This document shows positions 1-9,178 of a stretch of 64,000 nucleotides of DNA, piece by piece. How positions within the stretch are numbered: position 1 is the stretch's first letter; every line of letters begins with the position of its first letter. The notes under the pieces were generated by a model. That model made no database searches, was not told where the DNA came from, and saw only the letters and a list, made by a program, of their open reading frames with translations. The stretch comes from Candidatus Cloacimonadales bacterium (GTDB taxonomy: Bacteria > Cloacimonadota > Cloacimonadia > Cloacimonadales > JAFGVF01). The translations under genes and the position numbers were made by a program. Location of the stretch: the NCBI GenBank assembly GCA_963663475.2, contig CAXXJV010000002.1, forward strand, positions 256,001 to 320,000, written 5' to 3'.

Positions 1-2258
1 ATCTCAAGTGAAAGTTCTTTATCTGAATCAAGTTTATGGTAAATCTCAGAGAGTTTATCAATAAATACTTGCATCGACCATCCATCAAATATCAGGTGAT
101 GAATATTTAAGAATAGAAGGAGATTATCCTTATATCTTACTAATTTTATTTGATATAGAGGGTATTGGTCAGCCCTTAATTGACTAGCTTGGAGGTCAGA
201 TATTATTTTATCTAAGTCTTCTTGGTTTTTGCTAGTCAGTATTTCATAATTCAAATCTCCCACAGGTTGAATGAACTGGAAAATTTTCTTGTTAACTTCT
301 TTGAAATATGAACGGAAAGATTCATAAGAATTAACTAATAATTGCAGACTATTTATGAGTTTCTTTTCCTTAATGTCTTCTTTGATTTCACATTTAACTA
401 AGATATTATAAATTCGCTTAGAGTCATCTAAATGACTTAAATACCAGAGGTCTTCTTGGTTCTTAGTTATGGAATAATATTCTTTATCTCTAGAAATGAA
501 TTTAATCTCAGCTGGCCTGTCTTCTGAGGAACTTACAATTGCTGCTAATTTTCTAATACTTGAATTAGTCATGAACTGCCCTAATTCGAGTTTTAATCCT
601 CTATTTTGTAATTCATTTACTATCTGAGCTGCTTTGAGAGAATGGCCTCCAATATAAAAAAAGTTATCATCAATAGAGATGTTTTGCAAATCTAAATAGT
701 CTTTCCAGACTTGAAGTATTTCAGCTTGGATTTCATTCTCTGGACCTATTATAGCCTTATCTTCTTTTGGTAATTCAAGACTTTCCAAGGCACGTCTATC
801 AACTTTCTTATTAGGAGTAAGAGGAAGCTGGTCTAAATGAAGATAAAACTGAGGTACCATATAATCAGGTAATTCTTGTTGACAATAGGAAACAATCTCA
901 CTTTGCTTAATTTTCTCTTTATTCTTACTTGTATAATAAGCAACTAGGAATTTCTCATTACCTTGTCCAACTGCAAGAACTGTGGCTTGATCAATATTTT
1001 CATGCTTATGTATTACTTTCTCAATTTCATCTAACTCAATTCTTAAACCTCTAATCTTCACTTGGAAATCAATTCTACCACGGAAATCAATTCTCCCATC
1101 AGCTAGTTGTCTAACCAGATCTCCACTTCTATAAATAACTTCTTCATTTAACCTGTCATTTACTTCCTTATTCCTGATAAATGCTTGGGCTGTTTGCTCA
1201 GGTAACTTCCAGTAACCATTACCAACACTTGCTCCCGCCAGACATAATTCACCCATTTGTCCTTTTGCTACTTCCTGTAAGTTTTCATCAAGGATATATG
1301 TTCTGGTATTGGTTATTGCTTTGCCAATTGTGATAGGTCCTTGATAAGCTTTAGGAAAGATATCTAAAACTGTAATACAAGCACATTCAGTAGGTCCATA
1401 AACATTAACAATTTGAGGTTTGAAATTAGCTGGTGGAAGTTTTTTAAGAGCATCACCACCTAAATAAAGATACTTGAAGGAGCAAGTTTCTGGAAAAGTT
1501 TCATCAAAAAGCATTTCCGCAATTGGAGTAATCAATAAAATATCTCTGATATCCTTTTCTATTATCCAATCACGTAACTTCTTGGGTTGAAGTAGAATAC
1601 TTTCAGGAGTAAAATATAAGGTAGAAGCAGAAAGCAGGTTATACCAGATTTCTAGAGTAGATGCATCAAAGCTAAGTCTAGCATTTTGACAGGAATTATA
1701 CTTACCAAAAGGTGGCTTAAAAGTCTGCTGGAAGTGTTTAACTAAGTTAATAACTCCTCTGTGATTAACCATTACCCCTTTAGGCTTACCTGTAGAACCT
1801 GAGGTGAAGAGGATATAGATATTGCTCAAGTCATCTATAGTTTCTAAATTTGGTTTTTCGAGAGATAAGTTACTGAGAGAAGGGCTATCAATAAATATTT
1901 TAATCTTATTATAATTGGGAAGAATAGCTTGTAATTTTTCTTGAGAACCAAGGATAAAGGATAGTTCAGAATTAGCAATTATAAAATCTAACCTATCGTC
2001 TGGATATTTAGGATCGAGAGGTACATAATAACAATTCACTTTTAGAATAGCTAAGATTGCTATTATATAATTGTTGTCTCTATAGGCAAGGACACCTATT
2101 GCTTGTTTTGATTTAATCCCTTTTTCTATTAGGTAATTAGCCAACTGATTGGCTTTATTGTTCAGCTCTCCATAGGTTAATGAACTAAATGAATCTACTA
2201 TTGCTGTCCTCTGTGAAAACTCCAAAACAATTTTTTCAAACTTATCTGTAATTAACAT
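1..2258 (-). CDS. Non-ribosomal peptide synthetase, 5' part (adenylation-thiolation-condensation); continues beyond the left edge
   Basis: Hand translation from ATG 2258 (GAGGGA upstream) is open to position 1. A-domain motifs LTYGELN, YVPLDP, FTSGSTGKPKG, FDAS, YGPTE, YRSGDL, QVKIRGLRIELDEIE, LPDYMVP, NKKVDR; carrier motif FFYIGGHSL; condensation motif HHLIFDGWS. Confidence 0.93.
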   Translation of the reverse strand, partial: MLITDKFEKIVLEFSQRTAIVDSFSSLTYGELNNKANQLANYLIEKGIKSKQAIGVLAYRDNNYIIAILAILKVNCYYVPLDPKYPDDRLDFIIANSELSFILGSQEKLQAILPNYNKIKIFIDSPSLSNLSLEKPNLETIDDLSNIYILFTSGSTGKPKGVMVNHRGVINLVKHFQQTFKPPFGKYNSCQNARLSFDASTLEIWYNLLSASTLYFTPESILLQPKKLRDWIIEKDIRDILLITPIAEMLFDETFPETCSFKYLYLGGDALKKLPPANFKPQIVNVYGPTECACITVLDIFPKAYQGPITIGKAITNTRTYILDENLQEVAKGQMGELCLAGASVGNGYWKLPEQTAQAFIRNKEVNDRLNEEVIYRSGDLVRQLADGRIDFRGRIDFQVKIRGLRIELDEIEKVIHKHENIDQATVLAVGQGNEKFLVAYYTSKNKEKIKQSEIVSYCQQELPDYMVPQFYLHLDQLPLTPNKKVDRRALESLELPKEDKAIIGPENEIQAEILQVWKDYLDLQNISIDDNFFYIGGHSLKAAQIVNELQNRGLKLELGQFMTNSSIRKLAAIVSSSEDRPAEIKFISRDKEYYSITKNQEDLWYLSHLDDSKRIYNILVKCEIKEDIKEKKLINSLQLLVNSYESFRSYFKEVNKKIFQFIQPVGDLNYEILTSKNQEDLDKIISDLQASQLRADQYPLYQIKLVRYKDNLLLFLNIHHLIFDGWSMQVFIDKLSEIYHKLDSDKELSLE

Positions 2259-2618
2259 GATCAATCCCTCTCTCTTAAGAATGATATTTAACAATTTATT
2301 AGGAGATGTTTTTATTAGTCAAGAATAAATATCAAAGTTGAAGATAAAAAATTTGTCGAGACTGTTCAACCATCAAGCCACCCTCTTCACTAAATCTCTA
2401 CTAGACTATCTGGGTTTAAACAGTCTCAGTTTGTCTAACTTGCTCGCAGCTATTGTTATTTTTCATAATTTACTAAAATCATGTTGAATAAAAGAGGATT
2501 ATAACCTGTCTAAGTTACTAACTAATAGGGGAATATAAAATTATTTCACTTTTTATTGACAGAATAGTGCCTTAAAATGTATTAGTTATTAAAAATAAAC
2601 TAAAATTAAGGAGTTAAT

Positions 2619-3959
2619 ATGCCTTACATTTCAACTACTGAGCAAGAACGCAAAGAGATGCTCCAAGAGATTGGTGTTTCCTCTTTCAAAGAGCTTATTA
2701 CCGCTATTCCTGAGAAATTTGTACTCAAGAAGGATTTAGATTTAGAACCTGCCTATTCAGAACAGCAGATTTCAAGAAAAGTTTTTCAACTAACTAATAC
2801 AAACAAATGTACTCAAGCTTCTGATTCATATCTAGGAGCAGGTGTTTATGATCATTTTATTCCAGCTGCAGTTGATACAATAGTGTCTCGTCCTGAATTT
2901 TATACAGCATATACTCCTTATCAAGCTGAAGTAAGCCAAGGAACTCTACAATTCATTTATGAATATCAAACTATGATTTGCGAGCTAACAGGTATGGAAA
3001 TAGCTAATGCTAGTATGTATGATGGTGCTTCTGCTATAGCCGAAGCAATCTTAATGGCAATTAGATCTACTAGAAAAAATAAAGCTCTTATTGCTGATAC
3101 AATAAATCCTAACTATAAGAATGTTATTGCACGTTATACAGAAGGTTTAGGTATTGAAATCGAATATGTTAAGTCGGTAAATGGTGTCTTAGATATCAAT
3201 GATTTACAAGCAAAAGCAAATGATGATTTAGCTTGTTTAGTTGTTCAAAGTCCTAACTTCTTTGGAAATATTGAAGATATGTTTGCTGCAGAGCAAGTAA
3301 TTCATCAAACTAAGAAGGGTATGTTTATTGCTTCAACCGATCCAATTGCTCTAGCAATTACTAATTCTCCAGCAGAATATAAGGCTGATGTTGTAGTTGG
3401 TGAAGGTCAAGCTCTGGGCAACAATATTAATTATGGTGGCCCACTTTTTGGTTTCTTTGCTACTCAACTATCAAGAGCAAGAATGATGCCTGGTAGAATA
3501 GTTGGTGAGACTCTTGATGAAGCTGGTAATAAGGCATATAGTTTAACCTTACAAGCCCGTGAACAGCATATTAGAAGAGTTAAAGCAACATCTAATATCT
3601 GCTCAAATCAATCTTTATGTACTTTAGCAGCAACTGTTTATATGGCATTAATGGGTAGGGAAGGACTTAAGGAAGTTGCTACTCAATCAATAACCAAAGC
3701 TCATTATTTAGCTCAAGAAATTTGTAAGATTGATGGCTTTGAGTTAGCTTATCCTCAGCAAACCTTCTTCAAAGAATTTGTTATCAAAACTCCTATGGCT
3801 GCTGAAAAAGTCATAGCTTATGCTTTAAATCATAATATCTATGCTGGTGTTGATATGAAAAGATTTGGTTATGATAACCAGCTGATGATAGCTGTTACAG
3901 AAAAGAAAACAAAAGCTGATATGGATAGATTTATCAGTGTTCTTAAGGGGGTAAAATAA
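2619..3959 (+). CDS. gcvPA: Glycine dehydrogenase (decarboxylating) subunit 1
   Basis: YTPYQAEVSQG, NASMYDGASA, LQAREQHIRR, ATSNICSNQ motifs. Confidence 0.96.
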   Translation: MPYISTTEQERKEMLQEIGVSSFKELITAIPEKFVLKKDLDLEPAYSEQQISRKVFQLTNTNKCTQASDSYLGAGVYDHFIPAAVDTIVSRPEFYTAYTPYQAEVSQGTLQFIYEYQTMICELTGMEIANASMYDGASAIAEAILMAIRSTRKNKALIADTINPNYKNVIARYTEGLGIEIEYVKSVNGVLDINDLQAKANDDLACLVVQSPNFFGNIEDMFAAEQVIHQTKKGMFIASTDPIALAITNSPAEYKADVVVGEGQALGNNINYGGPLFGFFATQLSRARMMPGRIVGETLDEAGNKAYSLTLQAREQHIRRVKATSNICSNQSLCTLAATVYMALMGREGLKEVATQSITKAHYLAQEICKIDGFELAYPQQTFFKEFVIKTPMAAEKVIAYALNHNIYAGVDMKRFGYDNQLMIAVTEKKTKADMDRFISVLKGVK

Positions 3960-5416
3960 TGTCTACTACAATTTTTGAAAAAAGCTCTCAAGGAAGAAAA
4001 GGCTTCAATATATCACAAAATGATGTTAATATTGAATTAAAAGACATTCTTCCTCAAAATCTTAGTCGTAAAGAAGATGCAAAACTTCCACAGTGTTCAG
4101 AATTAGATGTTTTAAGACATTATATAGAACTTAGTAGCAAGAACCATTTCATTGAAAAAGGTTTTTATCCATTAGGTTCTTGTACTATGAAATACAATCC
4201 CAAGATTAATGAAGCTGTTGCTCGCCAATCAGGTATTGCCAATTTACACCCAATGCAAGCTGAAGAAACTGTGCAAGGTGCTCTTCAGATTATGCATGAA
4301 CTCCAACATGATTTGGCTGAAATCTCTGGTATGGCTAACGTAACTCTACAACCTGTAGCTGGTGCTCAAGGTGAATTTGTTGGCTTAAAAATCATCTCAG
4401 CCTATCACCAAGCAAAAGGTAATAATCATAAAAATGTAATTATCATGCCTGATTCAGCTCATGGTACCAACCCAGCTTCTTGTTCATTAGCTGGCTTTGA
4501 AGTAAAAGAGTTAAAATCAAATTCACAAGGTAAGGTGGATGTTGAAGAATTACGTAAGATGGTAGATGAAAATACTGCAGGTTTCATGCTTACTAATCCA
4601 AATACTCTTGGTCTTTTCGAAAATAAAATAGAAGAAATTGCTGAGATTATTCACTCTGTTGATGGTTTAATGTACATGGATGGAGCTAACTTTAATGCTC
4701 TACTTGGTATTGTTCAACCTGGTAAAATTGGTTTCGACGTAATGCATTATAACCTCCATAAAACTTTCTCAACTCCTCACGGCGGTGGTGGACCTGGTTC
4801 TGGTGCTGTTGGTGTTGTTGAACATTTAGTTAAATTCTTACCAGTTCCTATGGTTTCTAAGAATGATGATGGTTACTTCTTAGACTATTCTCATGAAGCT
4901 ACTTCAATTGGCAAAGTTCATACCTACTATGGTAACTTTGGTATCAATGTCAGAGCTTATGTTTATATCAAAATGTTAGGTGCTAAAGGTATCAGAAGTG
5001 TGGGTGAGAATGCAGTGATTAATGCTAATTACTTACAAGCAAAGCTTAAGGATTATTATAATATTAGTCATGCTGACCAATATTGTATGCACGAATTTGT
5101 TGCAGACGGAACTATCCAAAAGAAAAAATACGGAGTTTCAACTCTAGATATCGCTAAACGCTTACTTGATAAAGGATTCCATGCGCCAACAATTTATTTC
5201 CCTCTTATTATCAGTGAAGCTATTATGATAGAACCAACTGAGACAGAATCCAAGCAATCGCTTGATAAATTCATCCATGCAATGATTGAAATTGCTCATG
5301 AAATTGAAAAAGATCCAGAATCTTTACACCATGCACCATTTAATACTCCTGTAAGAAGAGTAGATGATGTTAGAGCAGTCAAAGAACTAAATGTAAGATT
5401 TACTTTTGATAAATAA
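3959..5416 (+). CDS. gcvPB: Glycine dehydrogenase (decarboxylating) subunit 2
   Basis: PLGSCTMKYNPK, SAHGTNPAS, NLHKTFSTPHGGGGPG (PLP lysine); TAATG coupling to gcvPA. Confidence 0.96.
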   Translation: MSTTIFEKSSQGRKGFNISQNDVNIELKDILPQNLSRKEDAKLPQCSELDVLRHYIELSSKNHFIEKGFYPLGSCTMKYNPKINEAVARQSGIANLHPMQAEETVQGALQIMHELQHDLAEISGMANVTLQPVAGAQGEFVGLKIISAYHQAKGNNHKNVIIMPDSAHGTNPASCSLAGFEVKELKSNSQGKVDVEELRKMVDENTAGFMLTNPNTLGLFENKIEEIAEIIHSVDGLMYMDGANFNALLGIVQPGKIGFDVMHYNLHKTFSTPHGGGGPGSGAVGVVEHLVKFLPVPMVSKNDDGYFLDYSHEATSIGKVHTYYGNFGINVRAYVYIKMLGAKGIRSVGENAVINANYLQAKLKDYYNISHADQYCMHEFVADGTIQKKKYGVSTLDIAKRLLDKGFHAPTIYFPLIISEAIMIEPTETESKQSLDKFIHAMIEIAHEIEKDPESLHHAPFNTPVRRVDDVRAVKELNVRFTFDK

Positions 5417-5446
5417 TCTAATTATCTAAAGAATTAATAAATTAAT

Positions 5447-5481
5447 TTGGGCTAGACTTCAAAGTTTAGCCCAATTTTTTT
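5447..5481 (+). terminator. Intrinsic terminator after gcvPB
   Basis: TTGGGCTAGAC-loop-GTTTAGCCCAA followed by a T tract. Confidence 0.8.
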
Positions 5482-5561
5482 GGTATAGACCTAGATAAGG
5501 CAAATATATACTTGAGTATAATGAAAAAAAAATATTAATAAGATTCTTGAAGCTTGCTTAT

Positions 5562-5622
5562 TTCTTCCTTTACAGTCTTTCGATGAAAGTCCCACTTTCA
5601 TCGAAAGACTGTAAAGGAAGAA
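5562..5622. repeat. ~60-bp palindromic repeat, copy 1 of 3
   Basis: 29-bp perfect arms TTCTTCCTTTACAGTCTTTCGATGAAAGT with a CCC loop; other copies at 31603 and 43849. Confidence 0.9.
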
Positions 5623-5829
5623 TCAGGGATGAAAAGGGGGAGATTAGTGCCTATTCCCCTTTCGCTAAAAGTGAAAAATGAAAGAGCTTTTACTCAAAGA
5701 GAGAGACATTAATATCGGTGTTTTCAGTGTTTGCGGTGGCAATTTTCTTCCTTCTTCCTTCCCTTTTCTTAAAAACTCTGTGTTAAGGTTTTTAAGATAT
5801 TGATTATTAGTGTTAATTTGTGTTTATTA

Positions 5830-6176
5830 GGCTCAAGTTCAAGTCTGGTGTGGGAATAATATAGGAAAATGAGAAATATTTCATTAAAATATTGATTCAT
5901 CAAAAATCCCTGAAAGGGATAAAATAATTTAGCCCAGGGTAAGATGCTGAAAGTATCGCAAGCCTGGGTAATGATGGCTAGCCCAAAGATATTACCCTGT
6001 AAGGGTTTAATAAAATGATAAATAATGCATTGTTTGGGATTATAATAAGTCTATGGTATATATGATGTTATTTAACCCTTTCAGGGTTATGCTTTGTTTT
6101 TCATCACCAGTACCCAGGGTTGCATTCCCTTCAGGAATTTACCCTGGGCTAAACTATTTATCCCCTTTTGGGGATT
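5830..6176. repeat. REPIN-like nested inverted-repeat element (CCCTGAAAGGG / AGCCCAGGG type)
   Basis: 5904-5942 is an inverted repeat of 6139-6176, with inner CCCTGTAAGGG / CCCTTTCAGGG hairpins; 5830-5942 recurs at 43983-44092. Confidence 0.75.
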
Positions 6177-6406
6177 CAAGACTTAACCCTTCAGGATACA
6201 TAAAAAAGGTGTCCACTATATTGGTATTTGACAATTCGCATTCCCAGTTAATCCCGCATCCCAGTTAGAATCTTCTTATCAGTGACTTATTCATCTTTCT
6301 TAAAAACTCTGTGAAACTCCTCTTTACCTCTGAGAAACTCTGTGTTAAGGATCTTTTATTCTCTTTTTGGGCACTAGCAAAAGTAATTCGTGAAATTCGT
6401 CTTAAT

Positions 6407-6568
6407 CCCAAATAATGCAATAGTTCTTTGAGAATAGCACTATATTCTTTTGCAAAAGTAACTTCCATTATTTCTCCGAATATATAAAAAATATGCGTCA
6501 AAATTCTGTAAGCTATTTTGCTAAAAGAATCTAGCACTCTTCTCTAAAGCTCTATTGCACCATTTGGG
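6407..6568 (+). mobile_element. MITE copy A (~162 bp)
   Basis: Imperfect terminal inverted repeats CCCAAATAATGCA...TGCACCATTTGGG, flanked by TTAAT on both sides (6402-6406, 6569-6573); homologous to 31323-31492. Confidence 0.85.
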
Positions 6569-6641
6569 TTAATTAGTCTTAATTCGTGTAAAGAATCTTT
6601 TTTTAGTGGTGAAACTCTTATTTACTTTCACAGCAAAAAAG

Positions 6642-6670
6642 AAAAAGGCTGGTGGGAGACCAGCCTTTTT
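6642..6670. terminator. Bidirectional intrinsic terminator
   Basis: AAAAAGGCTGGT-GGGAG-ACCAGCCTTTTT just downstream of the 6690-8357 gene. Confidence 0.8.
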
Positions 6671-6689
6671 AGTGATGTGAAATACTTAA

Positions 6690-8357
6690 CTATTTAAGGA
6701 GTGTTACTTTTTTGACAAGATGACTACTACCTGTAACTAGTTTAGTTAAGTAGATTCCAGACGGAATCGGTTTATTATGAGTATTTGTACCATTCCAAAC
6801 GATATGAGTATCTTTTGAAGTAAGATTATTAAATTCTTTAACTAATTGTCCTTTAAGATTGAAAATCTTTAAAGAAGCTACTTCATTCTGAGGGATAGAG
6901 AATGAGATTCTTGTTTGAGGATTAAATGGGTTTGGATAATTAGAAAGTGATAGGTTTGTTAATTGAGCAATATCATTTTCATTAGCCACAGGATCTTCAA
7001 CAACCATAACATCATCAACTAATAGTACCATTTGAATAGCATCACTATAAGCGTGCCAGCCTAAGAATTTTAAACCAGATTCTTCAGGACTATATTCAAC
7101 AGATACTTGTTGGTATTCTGAATTTATAATATTATTATTATCCCATAGTTGAGTTGTCATTTCTGATGCAGCAGGAGAATCGCCGATGAAGAAGTTCATT
7201 TTTTCTACTGAATCTTCAAATGGAGAATTTTTGTACCAGAATGATATTGTATAAGTATTACCAGCTATCATATCCATACCAGGAGAATACATCCAATCAT
7301 CGTGAGCAGCTGAGAAAGAGAATCTCATATGAGCAGCTTTATCTCCTGTATGAGAATTTTCAGACCATTGGGTATTAGCAATAACTTCCCACCAGCTTGT
7401 ATCTCCATTTAAATTCTCAAATTCCCAACCTAATGGTAGTTCTCCAACTTCAGCTGATTCAAAACCTTCAGAATATTCATCAACTACATTGAAGTCAATA
7501 ACAATATTATCCATAGTGGTGAATCCCCAGATAGGGCAATCTTCAGCAGAACCAGCATCATTTGTTGGTACTACTTGCCAGAAGTACTGAGTTGAATAAT
7601 CTAACCCTTCAGAAATCATATATTCTGTTACATTCCCGATATCTACATTATTCATTAAGTTATTTGGTGGGTAATTACTACCAAAATTTAAGACATAAGA
7701 TGTTGGATTACCACCATTAGAAGACCATACTAGTGGGTATTGAAGTCCATGTGTATGATAGTTAATAACTACATTTTCAGCACCATTAAGAGGAGCTACA
7801 ACAGTAGCAGGATTAGGAACAGTGGCTGTTGATTCCCAAGAAATATCATCAATATATGCAGAATATCCTACACCACCTAAAGGCATATGTAAGAAGGCAA
7901 TATGACTATCAGTATTTTCAGCATCAAAACTAAAAGTAAATTGTTGATATTCAAAAGTTAATGGGAAGACAGCTAATTCAGTATAAGTAGTTATGTCAGA
8001 AGGATCTGTCATTGAACCAATTCTTAATGAATCAGTTTCTTGTCCCCAAGAACTCTTAGCCCAGAAAGAAAGGTCATTTGCTGAGAGTTGAGTTAACTCT
8101 GGAGTTACTAGCATAAGATAATCTTGTTCATCTTCAGTATCACCATACATTTTAACAAAATTTGTCCCAGAAAAAGCATCATAGTCTGATGTGTGTACCC
8201 AAACATTAGCAGCAGTATTCTGTGATTCAATAATAGTTGACCAGCCAGCAGGCATAGCTTCTTCAGCATCAAAGGATTCAAAGAGTGAGCTAACTGGTTG
8301 AGCAGTTAGAATAGCAAAAGCCATTACAGCAATAAGTAAAAGTATTACTTTTTTCAT
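6690..8357 (-). CDS. Secreted protein: two cleaved-adhesin/choice-of-anchor-J-like domains, FN3-like linker, C-terminal FlgD-Ig/T9SS-type tail
   Basis: Signal peptide; FESFD...PAGW and EGFE...PLGW...DDWMYSP repeats; YSTQYFWQVVP; C-terminal SNYPNPFNP...SGIYL. Confidence 0.75.
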   Translation of the reverse strand: MKKVILLLIAVMAFAILTAQPVSSLFESFDAEEAMPAGWSTIIESQNTAANVWVHTSDYDAFSGTNFVKMYGDTEDEQDYLMLVTPELTQLSANDLSFWAKSSWGQETDSLRIGSMTDPSDITTYTELAVFPLTFEYQQFTFSFDAENTDSHIAFLHMPLGGVGYSAYIDDISWESTATVPNPATVVAPLNGAENVVINYHTHGLQYPLVWSSNGGNPTSYVLNFGSNYPPNNLMNNVDIGNVTEYMISEGLDYSTQYFWQVVPTNDAGSAEDCPIWGFTTMDNIVIDFNVVDEYSEGFESAEVGELPLGWEFENLNGDTSWWEVIANTQWSENSHTGDKAAHMRFSFSAAHDDWMYSPGMDMIAGNTYTISFWYKNSPFEDSVEKMNFFIGDSPAASEMTTQLWDNNNIINSEYQQVSVEYSPEESGLKFLGWHAYSDAIQMVLLVDDVMVVEDPVANENDIAQLTNLSLSNYPNPFNPQTRISFSIPQNEVASLKIFNLKGQLVKEFNNLTSKDTHIVWNGTNTHNKPIPSGIYLTKLVTGSSHLVKKVTLLK

Positions 8358-8378
8358 TTTATCTCCTAAATAGTAAAA

Positions 8379-8391
8379 TTAACAGTGTTAA
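8379..8391. promoter_or_regulatory. Candidate TetR operator 1
   Basis: Perfect dyad TTAACA-G-TGTTAA upstream of the 8357 start; near-copy at 9012-9024. Confidence 0.55.
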
Positions 8392-8410
8392 CTAATAGGA
8401 TAAAAAAAAA

Positions 8411-8998
8411 CTATTTCAAGCCTTTAATAACAGTATTTATACTGCTATTGATTAATAGTTCAATTTCTCCCCAGTGAAAACTTGGTCGTTTAGTAAGTAA
8501 AGAACAGAGACCATGTGTATTGACCCAAAGAATTTGTGTGATTAAATCAATATTGCCTTCCGATAATTCTTTGTCTTGGATACATCTCAAAGTTAAAATC
8601 TTAAGTATCTCATATCCTCTACCAGCATTTGTAATCCCTAGATGGACATTATCTGTTTCTGCAAACAAGGTCGTCATTAATTTGTACATACCAGGATTAG
8701 CAAGAGCTCGATTGATATATAGCTTAATGAAAGCAATTAGGTTATCTAAACTTCTTGACTCTTCATTAGCTAAAATATCTTCATAGTCTTTTGAATAATT
8801 ACTAAAGTAATCTTGGGCTAGATGCTTAAGAATGTCTTGCTTATTGGAATAATAGATGTATAGAGTAGTAGGAGAATAACCAATTTTACTGGCTATTTTC
8901 CGCATAGATACACTATTGATTCCATGTTCAAGGAAGAGCTCTTTAGCAGCTTCAAGAATCATTTTTTTTATATTAGTTTTATCACTGTTATTATTCAT
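8411..8998 (-). CDS. TetR/AcrR family transcriptional regulator
   Basis: ILEAAKELFLEHGINSVSMRKIASKIGYSPTTLYIYY HTH; C-terminal LWVNTHGL (WHG-like). Confidence 0.92.
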   Translation of the reverse strand: MNNNSDKTNIKKMILEAAKELFLEHGINSVSMRKIASKIGYSPTTLYIYYSNKQDILKHLAQDYFSNYSKDYEDILANEESRSLDNLIAFIKLYINRALANPGMYKLMTTLFAETDNVHLGITNAGRGYEILKILTLRCIQDKELSEGNIDLITQILWVNTHGLCSLLTKRPSFHWGEIELLINSSINTVIKGLK

Positions 8999-9011
8999 GA
9001 GCTTAGCTTTA

Positions 9012-9032
9012 TTAACAGTGTAAATATGTCAA
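9012..9032 (-). promoter_or_regulatory. tetR promoter -35 with adjacent candidate operator 2
   Basis: TTGACA on minus strand (9032-9027), followed by TTAACAGTGTAAA (9012-9024). Confidence 0.5.
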
Positions 9033-9059
9033 GGAAAAGATTTAATTATCTTATTTTAT

Positions 9060-9150
9060 CCCATTAGTGCAGTAGGATTTAAGCTGAGAGTGCAGATTCT
9101 TCTAGCAAAATAAGTTACAGAATTTGAAAGCAGATGATATATATTTATAG
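9060..9150 (-). mobile_element. Truncated MITE copy B
   Basis: CCCATTAGTGCAGTAG...GATTCTTCTAGCAAAATAAGTTACAGAATTTGAA matches the reverse complement of the right half of 31323-31492. Confidence 0.7.
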
Positions 9151-9178
9151 TCATATTCATGATAATCTATTATTCTCA

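Noticed and set aside
6053-6537. ORFs 6053-6268 (+) and 6265-6537 (-)
   Set aside because: They run through the REPIN-like, CACAGAG and MITE repeats and have no clear RBS; likely spurious.
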